NCBI GenBank assembly: GCA_025352125.1
Contig: JANXTZ010000028.1
Span: 15,922-79,921 of the forward strand
Reading direction: 5' to 3'
DNA: 64,000 nucleotides
Origin: Deinococcales bacterium
GTDB lineage: Bacteria; Deinococcota; Deinococci; Deinococcales; JAAFIG01
The notes under the pieces are model-generated. The model saw nothing but the letters and a program-made list of their open reading frames with translations, did no database searches and was not told the origin of the DNA. Both the position numbers and the translations under genes were made by a program. Shown here piece after piece: positions 39,147 through 49,241 of the stretch; positions within the stretch are counted from its first letter, which is position 1, and every line of letters starts with the position of its first letter.

Positions 39147-39539
39147 TCAGCTCAGAACACGCCGCTCGAGCATCGGCAGGGTAACGTAAAATTCGTGGGT
39201 GTCGGACGCTTCGAGCACCACTTGATCGAGTTGATAACGGCTGCGCGATTCGCCAATCGATTCACGCCAGCCCAGGACGCCGCGCAAACGGCAGATGGTC
39301 ACCCGAAAACGATTGTTGGTGGTTGCATTCGGTTGGCTGTTCCAGATGGCATCGATAATTTCTTCACGGCTTTTGCCGTTCGGAAACGCCAGGAAGTAAA
39401 AAAACAAGGCTCGAGCCGAATCAGAATGCCATTTGGCGGGTCGTTGGTCAATCAGCACTTGGGCTTGACCGAGGGTCAGAATTTTCAAGTCTCTACCGGT
39501 CATCATTGCTTGAGAAGTTTGCGGTGCTGATGGATTCAT
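39147..39539 (-). pseudogene. Truncated SARP/BTAD-type transcriptional activator (winged-helix part only)
   Basis: ILTLGQAQV...ARALFFYF...SREEIIDAIW...FRVTICRLRGVLG...D..EF then stop; BTAD domain missing; GAGGAG RBS. Confidence 0.6.
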
Positions 39540-39821
39540 GGATGACTCCTCAAGGAACACTGCTTGACAAACGGGGTGTATCCATTCGGGTTTTTCAAGT
39601 GATTGGTCTGGGTTGAGCTGACTCGCATATGGATTGACCTTAGCCTTGAGGCTTATTTTCAAGCTGAAGCAAAGCTGAGGATAGGCTGGGATACAGTCTG
39701 ACAGGGCACAACGGTCAGATTTTTTGCCATCTCGAGGAACAGATTTAGAAGTCATGTTTGGCGTATTTCATGATGTGCTTTTTGTGATTTTGTTTTCATG
39801 GCATTCAGTTGGTATTCAATT

Positions 39822-39837
39822 TGAGATCAGCTTCACA
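39822..39837. promoter_or_regulatory. Possible CRP/FNR-family binding site
   Basis: TGAGA-N6-TCACA (1 mismatch to TGTGA-N6-TCACA) in the AT-rich divergent promoter region. Confidence 0.3.
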
Positions 39838-39995
39838 TCAAGGCAATTGATTAGTTTTGGACGATAGGACTGTTAAAAATTTTCGATCAAAATCAGGTTC
39901 CAACCGAAAATTCTTAATTCAAGCGAACAACCCATTACGGTAATGAATTCGTAACGGCTCTGCTCGAGACTCGAAAACAGCAATGGAGGTTCATC

Positions 39996-40979
39996 ATGTT
40001 CGATAAGATATTGATTCCAGTGGACGATTCTGCGGGCAGCCAATACGCCGCCCACATCGGTCTGGAATTCGCCAAACGCCTGAACGCTCGGGTGGTGCTG
40101 ACCACTGCACTGACTGATTACGCAACCGAAGAGGACGGAAATAATGCCATCGCACCGGCGCGTCGCAATGCCGAAACACTCGAGATTGGCTTTGAAACCC
40201 GCTTCGCCGAAGGTCGTCAGATGGGTGTCGGCGACGGCATCGTTCAGATTTGCCTGGAAGAAAATTGCGATTTGATTGTCATGGGAACGCACGGACGCGA
40301 GGGCATCCAGCACTTACTTTTGGGCAGCGTCGCAGAACGGGTCACCCGACAAGCCCACGTGCCAGTCATGCTGATACGCAACCCTCGGGATTCCAAAACC
40401 GCCACCGAAGACAGCTTTCGACTCGAGCATATTCTGGTTGCCGTGGATGGCAGCCTGCAAAGTCAACAGGCATTGACCACCGCCAACGATCTTGCGGCAA
40501 AACTTGGAGCCAGTCTCGATGTTTTGCACGTGATTCCTGATGTGCCGCCGATGACTGGCTATACCGGTATGGAGTTTGCACCGATGATCGATTACGACCG
40601 CTATGAAAAAGACCTTGCGGCACAAAGCCAAGCGATTGTCGCGGGCGCACTCGAGCAACTGAAAACGGCTTCGGCAAAAGTGACGAATGTCAGCAGCTCG
40701 AGCGTCCCAGCCAGAGGTTCAATGCTCGGTGAGCGGATTTTGCAAACCGCGCTCGAGCATCATGCAGACCTGATCGTGCTGGGCACCCACGGACGCAGCG
40801 TCATGGATCGTTTGTTGCTGGGCAGTGTTGCCCAAACCGTCTCCCACCATTCTCAAATTCCAGTCTTGCTGGTTCGCGCCCTTCCAGCCAAGGTTGCCGA
40901 GGTGCTGGTCAATAGGAGCGCCGAATCAAGTCAGCCTTTGATCGACAACGCCCTCAGTCCAAACCCACTGCCCACGTGA
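39996..40979 (+). CDS. Universal stress protein (tandem UspA domains)
   Basis: KILIPVDDS...DLIVMGTHGR...LLGSVAERV, and a second HILVAVDGS...DLIVLGTHGR...LLGSVA. Confidence 0.95.
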   Translation: MFDKILIPVDDSAGSQYAAHIGLEFAKRLNARVVLTTALTDYATEEDGNNAIAPARRNAETLEIGFETRFAEGRQMGVGDGIVQICLEENCDLIVMGTHGREGIQHLLLGSVAERVTRQAHVPVMLIRNPRDSKTATEDSFRLEHILVAVDGSLQSQQALTTANDLAAKLGASLDVLHVIPDVPPMTGYTGMEFAPMIDYDRYEKDLAAQSQAIVAGALEQLKTASAKVTNVSSSSVPARGSMLGERILQTALEHHADLIVLGTHGRSVMDRLLLGSVAQTVSHHSQIPVLLVRALPAKVAEVLVNRSAESSQPLIDNALSPNPLPT

Positions 40980-41022
40980 GCAAGACAACAATTCTCGAGC
41001 AACGACATCAGGAGGCAAGACT

Positions 41023-41259
41023 ATGGCATTTGTGATCACCCAGCCCTGCATCGGCACCAAAGATTCCGCCTGCGTTGACGTGTGTCCAGTCGAATGTATT
41101 TACGAGGGTGACGACCAGTTTTTTATTCATCCCGACGAGTGCATCGATTGCGGCGCTTGCGTGCCCGCCTGTCCAGTCAGCGCGATCTTTCCAGAAGAGG
41201 ACGTACCCGCCGATCAACAAGCCTTTATTGCCAAGAACCGAACGTACTTTGGTCTTTGA
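41023..41259 (+). CDS. 7Fe ([3Fe-4S][4Fe-4S]) ferredoxin
   Basis: CIGTKDSACVDVCPVECI...ECIDCGACVPACP; AGGAGG RBS. Confidence 0.95.
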   Translation: MAFVITQPCIGTKDSACVDVCPVECIYEGDDQFFIHPDECIDCGACVPACPVSAIFPEEDVPADQQAFIAKNRTYFGL

Positions 41260-41365
41260 TTGCCACCTCGAGTCTGATTTGGTTCGGGTTGTAATGGGTT
41301 CGGGCTGTAATGGGTTCGTAACGTCTGCGAATCATCCTGAACTGGCAAGACAAAGGAGATTCAAC

Positions 41366-41956
41366 ATGATCCGCACAACCCCCGCGCCCGTTCGCAAATC
41401 GCACCTCGAGATTCCAGAACCCAACATCTCTAAATTTCTGTTCGCTGACACGCGTCTCGCCCCACTCTGGACGCTGGTTCGCTTGTACGTCGGTTATGAA
41501 TGGCTCATGGCTGGATGGGGAAAACTGACCAATCCTGCTGGAGTCTGGGTCGGAGGGAAAGCCGGAACTGCCGTGACCGGCTTTCTCAACGGCGCACTTG
41601 CCAAAACCGACGGCACGCACCCCGATGTTCAAGGGTACTCTGCCTGGTTTCTTCAAAACATTGCCCTGCCAAATGCCACCCTTTTCAGTTACCTCGTGAC
41701 CTTTGGCGAAATCGCCGTCGGCATCGCCCTGATTCTGGGTTTGTTCACGGGCATTGCCGCATTTTTTGGCGGTTTCATGAACGCCAGTTATCTGCTGGCG
41801 GGCACGGTTTCGACCAATCCACTGTTGTTTATCCTTGCCATGCTGCTGGTACTGGCATGGCGCACCGCAGGCTACTGGGGTCTGGATCGTTGGGTGCTCC
41901 CACGCATTGGGGTCCCAGGCTATCCAGGACCGCTTCAGCCCACCACCAACCTTTGA
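41366..41956 (+). CDS. DoxX/DoxD (TQO small subunit-like) membrane protein
   Basis: RLYVGYEWLMAGWGK, GEIAVGIALILG, YLLAGTVSTNP and AGYWGLDRW motifs. Confidence 0.88.
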   Translation: MIRTTPAPVRKSHLEIPEPNISKFLFADTRLAPLWTLVRLYVGYEWLMAGWGKLTNPAGVWVGGKAGTAVTGFLNGALAKTDGTHPDVQGYSAWFLQNIALPNATLFSYLVTFGEIAVGIALILGLFTGIAAFFGGFMNASYLLAGTVSTNPLLFILAMLLVLAWRTAGYWGLDRWVLPRIGVPGYPGPLQPTTNL

Positions 41957-42039
41957 GTTTGAGGGTTCTCGAGCGACCCATGTTTTCTTGACACTTCTGC
42001 ACTAAAGTCAGCAAAACTTTCTGCGGAGGTCAGACCATC

Positions 42040-44454
42040 ATGATGAACGACACCCAAATCCAAATCGCGCCACTCGAGTCAGCGCTGTTTCAAGAAACAG
42101 TGCCGCTTCAAGAATCCGAACTTCAACTTTTGGACGCCTACTGGCGAGCCGCAAACTATCTTTCGGTCGGACAGATTTACCTGCTGGACAATCCATTGCT
42201 GCTCGAGCCACTGAGTCTGGCGCACGTCAAACCCAGGTTGCTTGGGCACTGGGGGACGACGCCTGGACTGAATTTTATTTACGCGCACCTGAATAGACTG
42301 ATTCGCAACCATGATGTCAATGCCATGTTCATTGCGGGTCCTGGTCATGGCGGTCCTGGCGTGGTGGCAAACACGTATCTCGAGGGAACCTACAGCGAGG
42401 TTTACCCGAATATTTCGCGGGACGCGGCGGGGTTGAAGCGTTTGTTCAAACAGTTCTCGTTTCCTGGTGGCATTCCCAGCCATGTCGCGCCAGAAACGCC
42501 AGGGTCAATCCATGAGGGCGGCGAACTGGGTTATGCGCTGGTTCACGCTTACGGCGCGGCGTTCGACAATCCAGATTTGCTGGTCGCCTGCGTGATCGGT
42601 GACGGCGAAGCCGAAACCGGACCGCTCGCCGCGAGTTGGCACTCCAACAAGTTTCTCAACCCTGCCCGTGACGGCGCGGTGCTGCCAATTTTGCACCTCA
42701 ACGGTTACAAGATTGCCAACCCAACCGTACTCTCGAGACTCGCGCCAGAAGAGCTGACGAAATTGCTCGAGGGTTACGGTTACAAACCGTTTTTTGTCGA
42801 GGGCGACGACCCAATGACCATGCACCAGTTGATGGCGCAAACCCTCGAGACAGTCTGGCTCGAGATTGTTGCGATTCAACGTGAGGCTCGAGAATTGGGC
42901 ATGACAACCCGACCGCATTTTCCGGTGATCGTGTTGCGCTCGCCCAAAGGTTGGACTGGACCCAAATTTGTCGATGGCAAACCCGTCGAGAACACCTGGC
43001 GGGCGCATCAAGTGCCGCTCGATAACCTGTTCAAAAACCCAGAACATTTGACGCAACTCGAGGCTTGGCTGAGAAGTTACCGCCCCGAAGAATTATTTGA
43101 TGCGAATGGAAAACTGCTACCAGAATTGGCGGCACTCGCACCAACTGGCGAACGGCGCATGGGTGCGAATCCGCACACCAATGGCGGCTTGCTGCTGCGA
43201 GACCTGATGCTGCCCGACTTCCGCGATTACGCGCTTCAAGTTGAAAAGCCTGGCACAACATCGGGCGAAGCCACCAGGGTTCTGGGCAAATTCTTGCGCG
43301 ATGTCATGAACGCCAACCTCGAGTCGAAGAACTTTCGGGTGTTTGGTCCAGACGAAACCGAATCGAACCGTCTTGGCGCGCTCTATGAGGCGACCAACAA
43401 AGTCTGGGAGCTTCCAATCCTTCCCACCGACGAACACCTGGCGCTCGAGGGTCGGGTCATGGAAGTCCTATCAGAGCATTTGTGCCAGGGCTGGCTCGAG
43501 GGGTACCTGCTGACCGGACGGCACGGTTTGTTCTCGTGTTACGAGGCGTTCATTCACATCATCGACAGCATGGTCAACCAGCACGCAAAATGGTTGAAAA
43601 CCACCCGTGAGATTCCGTGGCGACGACCCATCGCGGCACTCAATTACCTGCTGACCTCGCACGTCTGGCGGCAAGACCACAACGGCTTTTCACATCAAGA
43701 CCCAGGTTTTATTGACCACATCATGAACAAAAAACCCGAGGTGGTTCGCATTTACCTGCCGCCAGACGCGAACACCCTGCTGTCCGTGACCGATCATTGC
43801 CTGCGCAGCCGCAACCGCATCAACGTGATCGTGGCGGGAAAACAACCCGCCCCGCAGTGGCTTTCGATGGACGCCGCGATCAAGCACTGCAACGCCGGTA
43901 TCGGCATCTGGACTTGGGCGAGCAACGACGCCAACCTAGAGCCTGATGTCGTGATGGCGTGTGCGGGCGATGTGCCGACGCTCGAGACGCTGGCGGCGGT
44001 GGACTTGCTGCGCCAGCATTTTCCAGACCTGAAAATCCGTGTGGTCAACGTAGTGGACTTGATGACACTTCAATCTGAAAGTGAGCATCCGAGCGGGCTT
44101 TCCGATCACGAGTTTGACAGTCTGTTCACCACCGACAAACCCATTATTTTCGCCTATCACGGCTATCCTTGGCTGATTCACAGACTGACCTACCGCCGCA
44201 CCAACCACGACAACTTGCACGTGCGCGGTTACAAGGAGGAGGGCACGACCACCACCCCGTTTGACATGACGGTCTTGAACGACCTTGACCGTTTCCATCT
44301 GGCGGGCGACGTGATCAACCGAGTGCCGCGACTGCAAGCCATCGGTGGGCATTTCAAACAATTCTTGCGCGACAAACTGGTCGAGCACGGCGAGTACATT
44401 CGCCAACACGGCGACGACCTGCCAGAGGTGCGCGATTGGGTCTGGCGCGATTGA
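42040..44454 (+). CDS. xfp: Xylulose-5-P/fructose-6-P phosphoketolase
   Basis: [58 protein letters not shown] and [14 protein letters not shown] motifs. Confidence 0.96.
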   Translation: MMNDTQIQIAPLESALFQETVPLQESELQLLDAYWRAANYLSVGQIYLLDNPLLLEPLSLAHVKPRLLGHWGTTPGLNFIYAHLNRLIRNHDVNAMFIAGPGHGGPGVVANTYLEGTYSEVYPNISRDAAGLKRLFKQFSFPGGIPSHVAPETPGSIHEGGELGYALVHAYGAAFDNPDLLVACVIGDGEAETGPLAASWHSNKFLNPARDGAVLPILHLNGYKIANPTVLSRLAPEELTKLLEGYGYKPFFVEGDDPMTMHQLMAQTLETVWLEIVAIQREARELGMTTRPHFPVIVLRSPKGWTGPKFVDGKPVENTWRAHQVPLDNLFKNPEHLTQLEAWLRSYRPEELFDANGKLLPELAALAPTGERRMGANPHTNGGLLLRDLMLPDFRDYALQVEKPGTTSGEATRVLGKFLRDVMNANLESKNFRVFGPDETESNRLGALYEATNKVWELPILPTDEHLALEGRVMEVLSEHLCQGWLEGYLLTGRHGLFSCYEAFIHIIDSMVNQHAKWLKTTREIPWRRPIAALNYLLTSHVWRQDHNGFSHQDPGFIDHIMNKKPEVVRIYLPPDANTLLSVTDHCLRSRNRINVIVAGKQPAPQWLSMDAAIKHCNAGIGIWTWASNDANLEPDVVMACAGDVPTLETLAAVDLLRQHFPDLKIRVVNVVDLMTLQSESEHPSGLSDHEFDSLFTTDKPIIFAYHGYPWLIHRLTYRRTNHDNLHVRGYKEEGTTTTPFDMTVLNDLDRFHLAGDVINRVPRLQAIGGHFKQFLRDKLVEHGEYIRQHGDDLPEVRDWVWRD

Positions 44455-44572
44455 ATGAGCCGAAACCCGAGCGATTTGGCAATGCAGCCCCAACAGCGAT
44501 ACAAAATATACCCGTCACGCCACCCGCCCGATCAAACTGCGCCTCTCGAGCCATTGTTAAAAGGAGAAAAGC

Positions 44573-44860
44573 ATGACACCCAAAACCCAAGAATTCAAAC
44601 TGCACGGTGATGGTGTGGTCAGCAAACTCAAAGAAATCCTTCACGAGGGCGACATTCGGCGCATCACCATCAAAAACGATGAGGGTCACACGCTGATCGA
44701 GATTCCGCTGACGCTCGGGGTGGTCGGTGCGTTGTTGATGCCCGTCTGGGCTGCGGTCGGTGCGATGGCGGCGTTGGCGGCAAGTCTGACCATTGTCGTT
44801 GAACGCACCGATGCCGTACCACCAGAATCGCCAATCACAAACCCTCAAGATTCGGTCTGA
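44573..44860 (+). CDS. DUF4342 domain protein
   Basis: KLKEILHEGDIRRITIK...LIEIPLTLGVVG motif; AAGGAG RBS. Confidence 0.85.
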   Translation: MTPKTQEFKLHGDGVVSKLKEILHEGDIRRITIKNDEGHTLIEIPLTLGVVGALLMPVWAAVGAMAALAASLTIVVERTDAVPPESPITNPQDSV

Positions 44861-44879
44861 GCATCTTCAAGAAGGTTTT

Positions 44880-45617
44880 ATGAATTTAGCAATCAAAATG
44901 GTATTGATTGTACTCTCGAGCCTGCTAGCCTTGGTGATGCTTGTCTTTGTGGGTTTGCAAGTTCAACCCACGTCTTTCCCAGCCATCACGTCATCACAAG
45001 ACAAGCTCGAGACAATCCCGTTGCCTGTTGGTTTGCCCGCACCTGTCGCTCGGTTTTACCAAAAAATCTATGGCAATAACATTCCCACTCATGTGGCAGG
45101 GCGGGATTACCGTCATTACATTGAGGCGACCATTTTCGGGTTGCCAATTTTAAAGATCAACGGGTCATACATCGCAGGCTCGAGCCGTATGGCAATGCCG
45201 TGGGGTACAACCGAAAACGACCCTCGAGCGAATCAGGGTGCGAACCTTGCGGTCTGGGCGGAGGCGCTCTGGTTTCCCAGTATTTTCTTGACCGACCCTC
45301 GGGTGCATTGGAATGCCGTGGATGACGTGACGGCAACCCTGAGGGTACCGTTTGAAGCCAGCACCGAGACATTTATCGCACGGTTTGACCCAGTCACAAA
45401 CCTACTCTCGTACCTCGAGTCAATGCGCTTCAAAACCGATCAGAAAGTCTTGTGGCTCAATCAGGCTCGAGTTTGGGGCGATGTTGGTGGGACTGTGGCG
45501 TTAAAAGAATCCGCCGTGATCTGGATGGATGATGGCAAACCTTGGGCGACGTTCGAGGTCGAAGAAATCGAATTCAATGTTGATGTCAGCAAAACCATTG
45601 GCGGAACGGGCTTGTAA
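44880..45617 (+). CDS. DUF6544-like membrane-anchored protein
   Basis: N-terminal TM; LPAPVARFY, YRHYIEAT, WAEALWFP and W.AVDD motifs. Confidence 0.65.
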   Translation: MNLAIKMVLIVLSSLLALVMLVFVGLQVQPTSFPAITSSQDKLETIPLPVGLPAPVARFYQKIYGNNIPTHVAGRDYRHYIEATIFGLPILKINGSYIAGSSRMAMPWGTTENDPRANQGANLAVWAEALWFPSIFLTDPRVHWNAVDDVTATLRVPFEASTETFIARFDPVTNLLSYLESMRFKTDQKVLWLNQARVWGDVGGTVALKESAVIWMDDGKPWATFEVEEIEFNVDVSKTIGGTGL

Positions 45618-45633
45618 ACCCGAGGTGAAACGG

Positions 45634-46014
45634 ATGTCCAAATGGATGCTGTACCTGGCTGGGTTTGTGTTGATCTCTCACGGACTGATTCACCTGATGG
45701 ACGCGACGGTGTACATGCGCCTGGGTGATGTTACAGGTTTTGCTTACAAGACCACCTTGCTCGGTGGGCGCTGGGATGTCGGAGCGGCTGGCATCAGTCT
45801 TTTTGGCGCATTGTGGGCTGTCGCCGCCATTGGTTTTATCGCCTCGAGCGTTGGGATGCTGACTGGCTCGAGTTGGTGGCAACCTGTGCTGATTGCGGTC
45901 AGTGTTTTTTCGTTGGTGTTAACGGGTTTGGACTCGAGCCTTGCCTTTGCAGGCATCATCGTGAACCTCGTCATTTTGGTACTTTTGTTCTGGTCGCGCC
46001 GCTCGAGTCTTTGA
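45634..46014 (+). CDS. Small multi-pass membrane protein
   Basis: HGLIHL motif and 4 hydrophobic segments; GAGGTG RBS. Confidence 0.7.
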   Translation: MSKWMLYLAGFVLISHGLIHLMDATVYMRLGDVTGFAYKTTLLGGRWDVGAAGISLFGALWAVAAIGFIASSVGMLTGSSWWQPVLIAVSVFSLVLTGLDSSLAFAGIIVNLVILVLLFWSRRSSL

Positions 46015-46225
46015 ATCAATCACCCTCGAGAATCCTGAAATTCGTTTTAAGAATGGTCACAACCTCGAGGAGCAAGATGTTAAATGATACCGTTTCACAA
46101 ATTCCTAAAAGCTCGAGCAGTGACTTTCGACGGTTGGGCGCATGAGTTCCGAGCGGGTAAAGTTAACATCGACGCTGCATGATGAGTACGCCCGCATCAA
46201 AACCGACGTGACCCGTTTGCAAGAC

Positions 46226-46458
46226 GAGGCGGCGCACGTTCCCGTGATCTGGGCGACGCAGGTGCTCGAGTCGCTCGCCAATCAGGGTCTGCCGAGGTGA
46301 CGGATGCCGCGATGTCGGCTCGAGCCGAGTGCGTGATGCTCAACAAGGGACCGTACATTGTGGAGGCGGTTTCATTCTTGGACAACGTCCTGCGGCGCAT
46401 GAAGTCGCATCAGAACAAAAAAACCTCAATGCTGTGCCGATTGAAGGTCACCAGTTGA
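46226..46458 (+). pseudogene. pyk: Frameshifted 3' remnant of pyruvate kinase
   Basis: [23 protein letters not shown] / [26 protein letters not shown]...[10 protein letters not shown]; frameshift at ~46291-46296. Confidence 0.8.
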
Positions 46459-46521
46459 ATCAAATCTCGAGTATCCTGAAATCCATCGCAATCTCTGGAC
46501 ACAACTCGAGGAGCAAAAAAT

Positions 46522-49089
46522 ATGTCAAGCGATGCCGTCTCAGAACCCTCCAAAAGCCCGAGCGATCCCATTTTGGGACTGGGAAGTCAGGCGGCACGTA
46601 CCAAGCTGTCTGAAGTCGGTCTGAATGAACTCTCGAGCGTCAAAGCCCGTCCGTTGTTGCTGCAATGGCTGGCGTATTTCGTGCAGCCATTGACGGCAAT
46701 TTTACTGATTGCCGCAATCATTTCTGGGATTTCGGGCGATTGGTTGAACGCGGTCATTATTGTGGTGATCGTGGTCGGCAGCGTCGCGCTGGATTTTGTG
46801 CAGACCCAGCGCTCGCACGTGGCTGCCGAACGCCTTCGCAGCGTGGTTTCACCCACCGCCAACGTCAAACGTGACGGCGCATGGCTCGAGATTGCCCGCA
46901 AAGAACTTGTGCCAGGCGATTTGATTCGACTGAGCGCCGGTGATCTTGTGCCAGCCGATGCGCGACTGGTTTCGGCGCGTGATCTTCACGTTCAACAAGC
47001 TGCACTGACGGGCGAATCCATGCCCGTCGAAAAAAATGTTAACAACAATACGCAAACCCCTAATCTCGAGAATCCAGCCGATGCCAACAACCTTGTCTTT
47101 GTCGGCTCGAGCGTCGTCAGTGGCAATGCCGAGGCGCTTGTCACCGCCACGGGTTCGCGCACCGCCTTTGGCGGCATCGTCACCAGCCTCGCGCGTCGCG
47201 CCCCAGAGACCGAATTCGAGCGAGGCACGCGGTCTTTCAGTTTGTTCATCGTGCAGATTGTGCTGTTTTTGGTGTTGTTCGTCTTTGCGGTCAGCGCCTT
47301 TCACAAACGCGATCCGCTCGAGTCACTGCTTTTTGCCGTGGCATTGGCGGTCGGTTTGACCCCAGAATTCTTGCCGATGATTACCACCATCACGCTTTCC
47401 AACGGCGCGGTTCGGATGTCCAAGCAAAACGTGATCGTCAAAAATCTTTCGAGCATTCAAAACCTGGGTCAGATTGACACGCTTTGCAGTGACAAAACCG
47501 GTACGCTCACCAGTGGCATCATGACGCTCGAGGGGCGGCTCGATCCGTTTGGCGCTTCGAGTGACAAGGTTTTCTTGCTGGCATATTTGAACAGCTTGTT
47601 TGAAACCGGAATCACCAACCCACTGAACACTGCGATTCTCGAGACCAAAGATGCCAATCCACTGGATTTGGCAATCTTAAAATCCGATCATCCAGATGTG
47701 AAGCCGTACAAGAAACTCGACGAGATTCCATTTGATTTCGAGCGGCGCTGCGTGTCGGTGGTCATCTCTCGAGAAACTGGTGATGGCGAGGATCATCTGA
47801 TGCTGACCAAGGGTGCGCCTGAAAGCATTCTGAATCTTTGCACGAATTTTGAGTCTGAAACTGTGCAAACTCTCGATGCCGGCGCTCGAACCAAAATTGA
47901 AACCGTGGTGAATAACCTCTCCGCACAGGGCTACCGCGTGATTGCCGTGGCATACCGCAACATGCCGCAGGGGGTTCAACAAAACGCCTACCACGCCAGC
48001 GACGAACACGATCTGGTTCTGGCAGGATTTCTGACCTTCGTTGACCCGCCGCTGCCCGACGCCAAAGAGGTTTTGAATGCACTGGCAGCAAAAGGTGTGA
48101 CCGTCAAAATCCTCACGGGCGACAACGAACTCGTGGCGCGGCACGTCTGCGAAACCGTCGGATTGAACGTCGGAAGAATTGTCTTGGGCAGCGAACTCGA
48201 GGGCATGACCGACACCGCACTGCTTCAGGTCGCGGATGCGAACACCGTGTTTGCCAGGGTTGCGCCCGCCCAAAAAAACCGGATCATCCTGGCGTTAAAA
48301 GCCAGAAAGCACGTGGTCGGTTACATGGGCGACGGCATCAACGACGCGCCCAGCTTGCACACCGCCGACGTGGGCATCAGCGTGGCAAATGCCACCGACG
48401 TTGCCAAAGATGCCGCCGACATCATCTTGCTCGAGCCTGGTTTGCGGGTGCTCTTGACTGGGATTCTCGAGGGACGACGGGCGTTTGGCAACGTCATGAA
48501 ATACCTGCTTATGGGCACGAGTTCCAACTTTGGGAACATGTTCTCAATGGCGGGCGCATCGTTGTTTTTGCCGTTCTTGCCGATGCTGCCAACCCAAATT
48601 CTGGTCAACAATTTCTTGTACGACCTGGCGCAAATCACCATTCCAAGCGACAACGTGGACGAAACGTTCCTCGAGAAACCGCACCACTGGGACATCAGTC
48701 TGATTCGGCGTTTCATGTTCTGGATTGGTCCGATCAGTTCGGTCTACGATTTTCTGACTTTTTTTGTGCTTTTAAAAATCTTTGCCGCCAAAGAAGCCGA
48801 ATTTCACACGGGCTGGTTCGTCGAATCGCTCGCCACCCAAACCCTGGTCATTTTTGTGATTCGCACCTTCGGCAATCCATTTCGATCAAAGGCAAGTTTG
48901 CCTTTGACTTTGACGGCGTTGGGTGTTGTGCTTGTCGGCGTTGTCTTGCCGTTCACACCACTCGCCAGCATACTTGGTTTCGTGCCCTTGCCAGCGCTTT
49001 ATTTTGCATTTCTGGGCGTGGCGACACTGACCTATTTGGCGCTGGTGGAATTGGTCAAACAGCGTTTGTTCGGCTCGGTCATGACTTGA
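46522..49089 (+). CDS. mgtA: Magnesium-translocating P-type ATPase
   Basis: LTGES, AVGLTPEFLPMI, CSDKTGTLT, EIPFDFERR, LTGDN, GDGINDAP, SSNFGNMFS and FHTGWFVES motifs. Confidence 0.92.
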   Translation: MSSDAVSEPSKSPSDPILGLGSQAARTKLSEVGLNELSSVKARPLLLQWLAYFVQPLTAILLIAAIISGISGDWLNAVIIVVIVVGSVALDFVQTQRSHVAAERLRSVVSPTANVKRDGAWLEIARKELVPGDLIRLSAGDLVPADARLVSARDLHVQQAALTGESMPVEKNVNNNTQTPNLENPADANNLVFVGSSVVSGNAEALVTATGSRTAFGGIVTSLARRAPETEFERGTRSFSLFIVQIVLFLVLFVFAVSAFHKRDPLESLLFAVALAVGLTPEFLPMITTITLSNGAVRMSKQNVIVKNLSSIQNLGQIDTLCSDKTGTLTSGIMTLEGRLDPFGASSDKVFLLAYLNSLFETGITNPLNTAILETKDANPLDLAILKSDHPDVKPYKKLDEIPFDFERRCVSVVISRETGDGEDHLMLTKGAPESILNLCTNFESETVQTLDAGARTKIETVVNNLSAQGYRVIAVAYRNMPQGVQQNAYHASDEHDLVLAGFLTFVDPPLPDAKEVLNALAAKGVTVKILTGDNELVARHVCETVGLNVGRIVLGSELEGMTDTALLQVADANTVFARVAPAQKNRIILALKARKHVVGYMGDGINDAPSLHTADVGISVANATDVAKDAADIILLEPGLRVLLTGILEGRRAFGNVMKYLLMGTSSNFGNMFSMAGASLFLPFLPMLPTQILVNNFLYDLAQITIPSDNVDETFLEKPHHWDISLIRRFMFWIGPISSVYDFLTFFVLLKIFAAKEAEFHTGWFVESLATQTLVIFVIRTFGNPFRSKASLPLTLTALGVVLVGVVLPFTPLASILGFVPLPALYFAFLGVATLTYLALVELVKQRLFGSVMT

Positions 49090-49241
49090 GTTTGAACTCG
49101 AGGTTGCGCCATTTTGAACACGGTATCTCGAGCCTTGGATTTGATCTTGTATTTGCTTTGGTCAAACCGTGAGTTCTGTCTCATTGCAAAACTGATAGGC
49201 TAAACCTCGAGCGTTCGCATTTGGGCGTCTCTCGAGGATTC

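Noticed and set aside
39540-39755. Upstream extension of the SARP-like ORF
   Set aside because: No family similarity; the RBS sits before ATG 39539.
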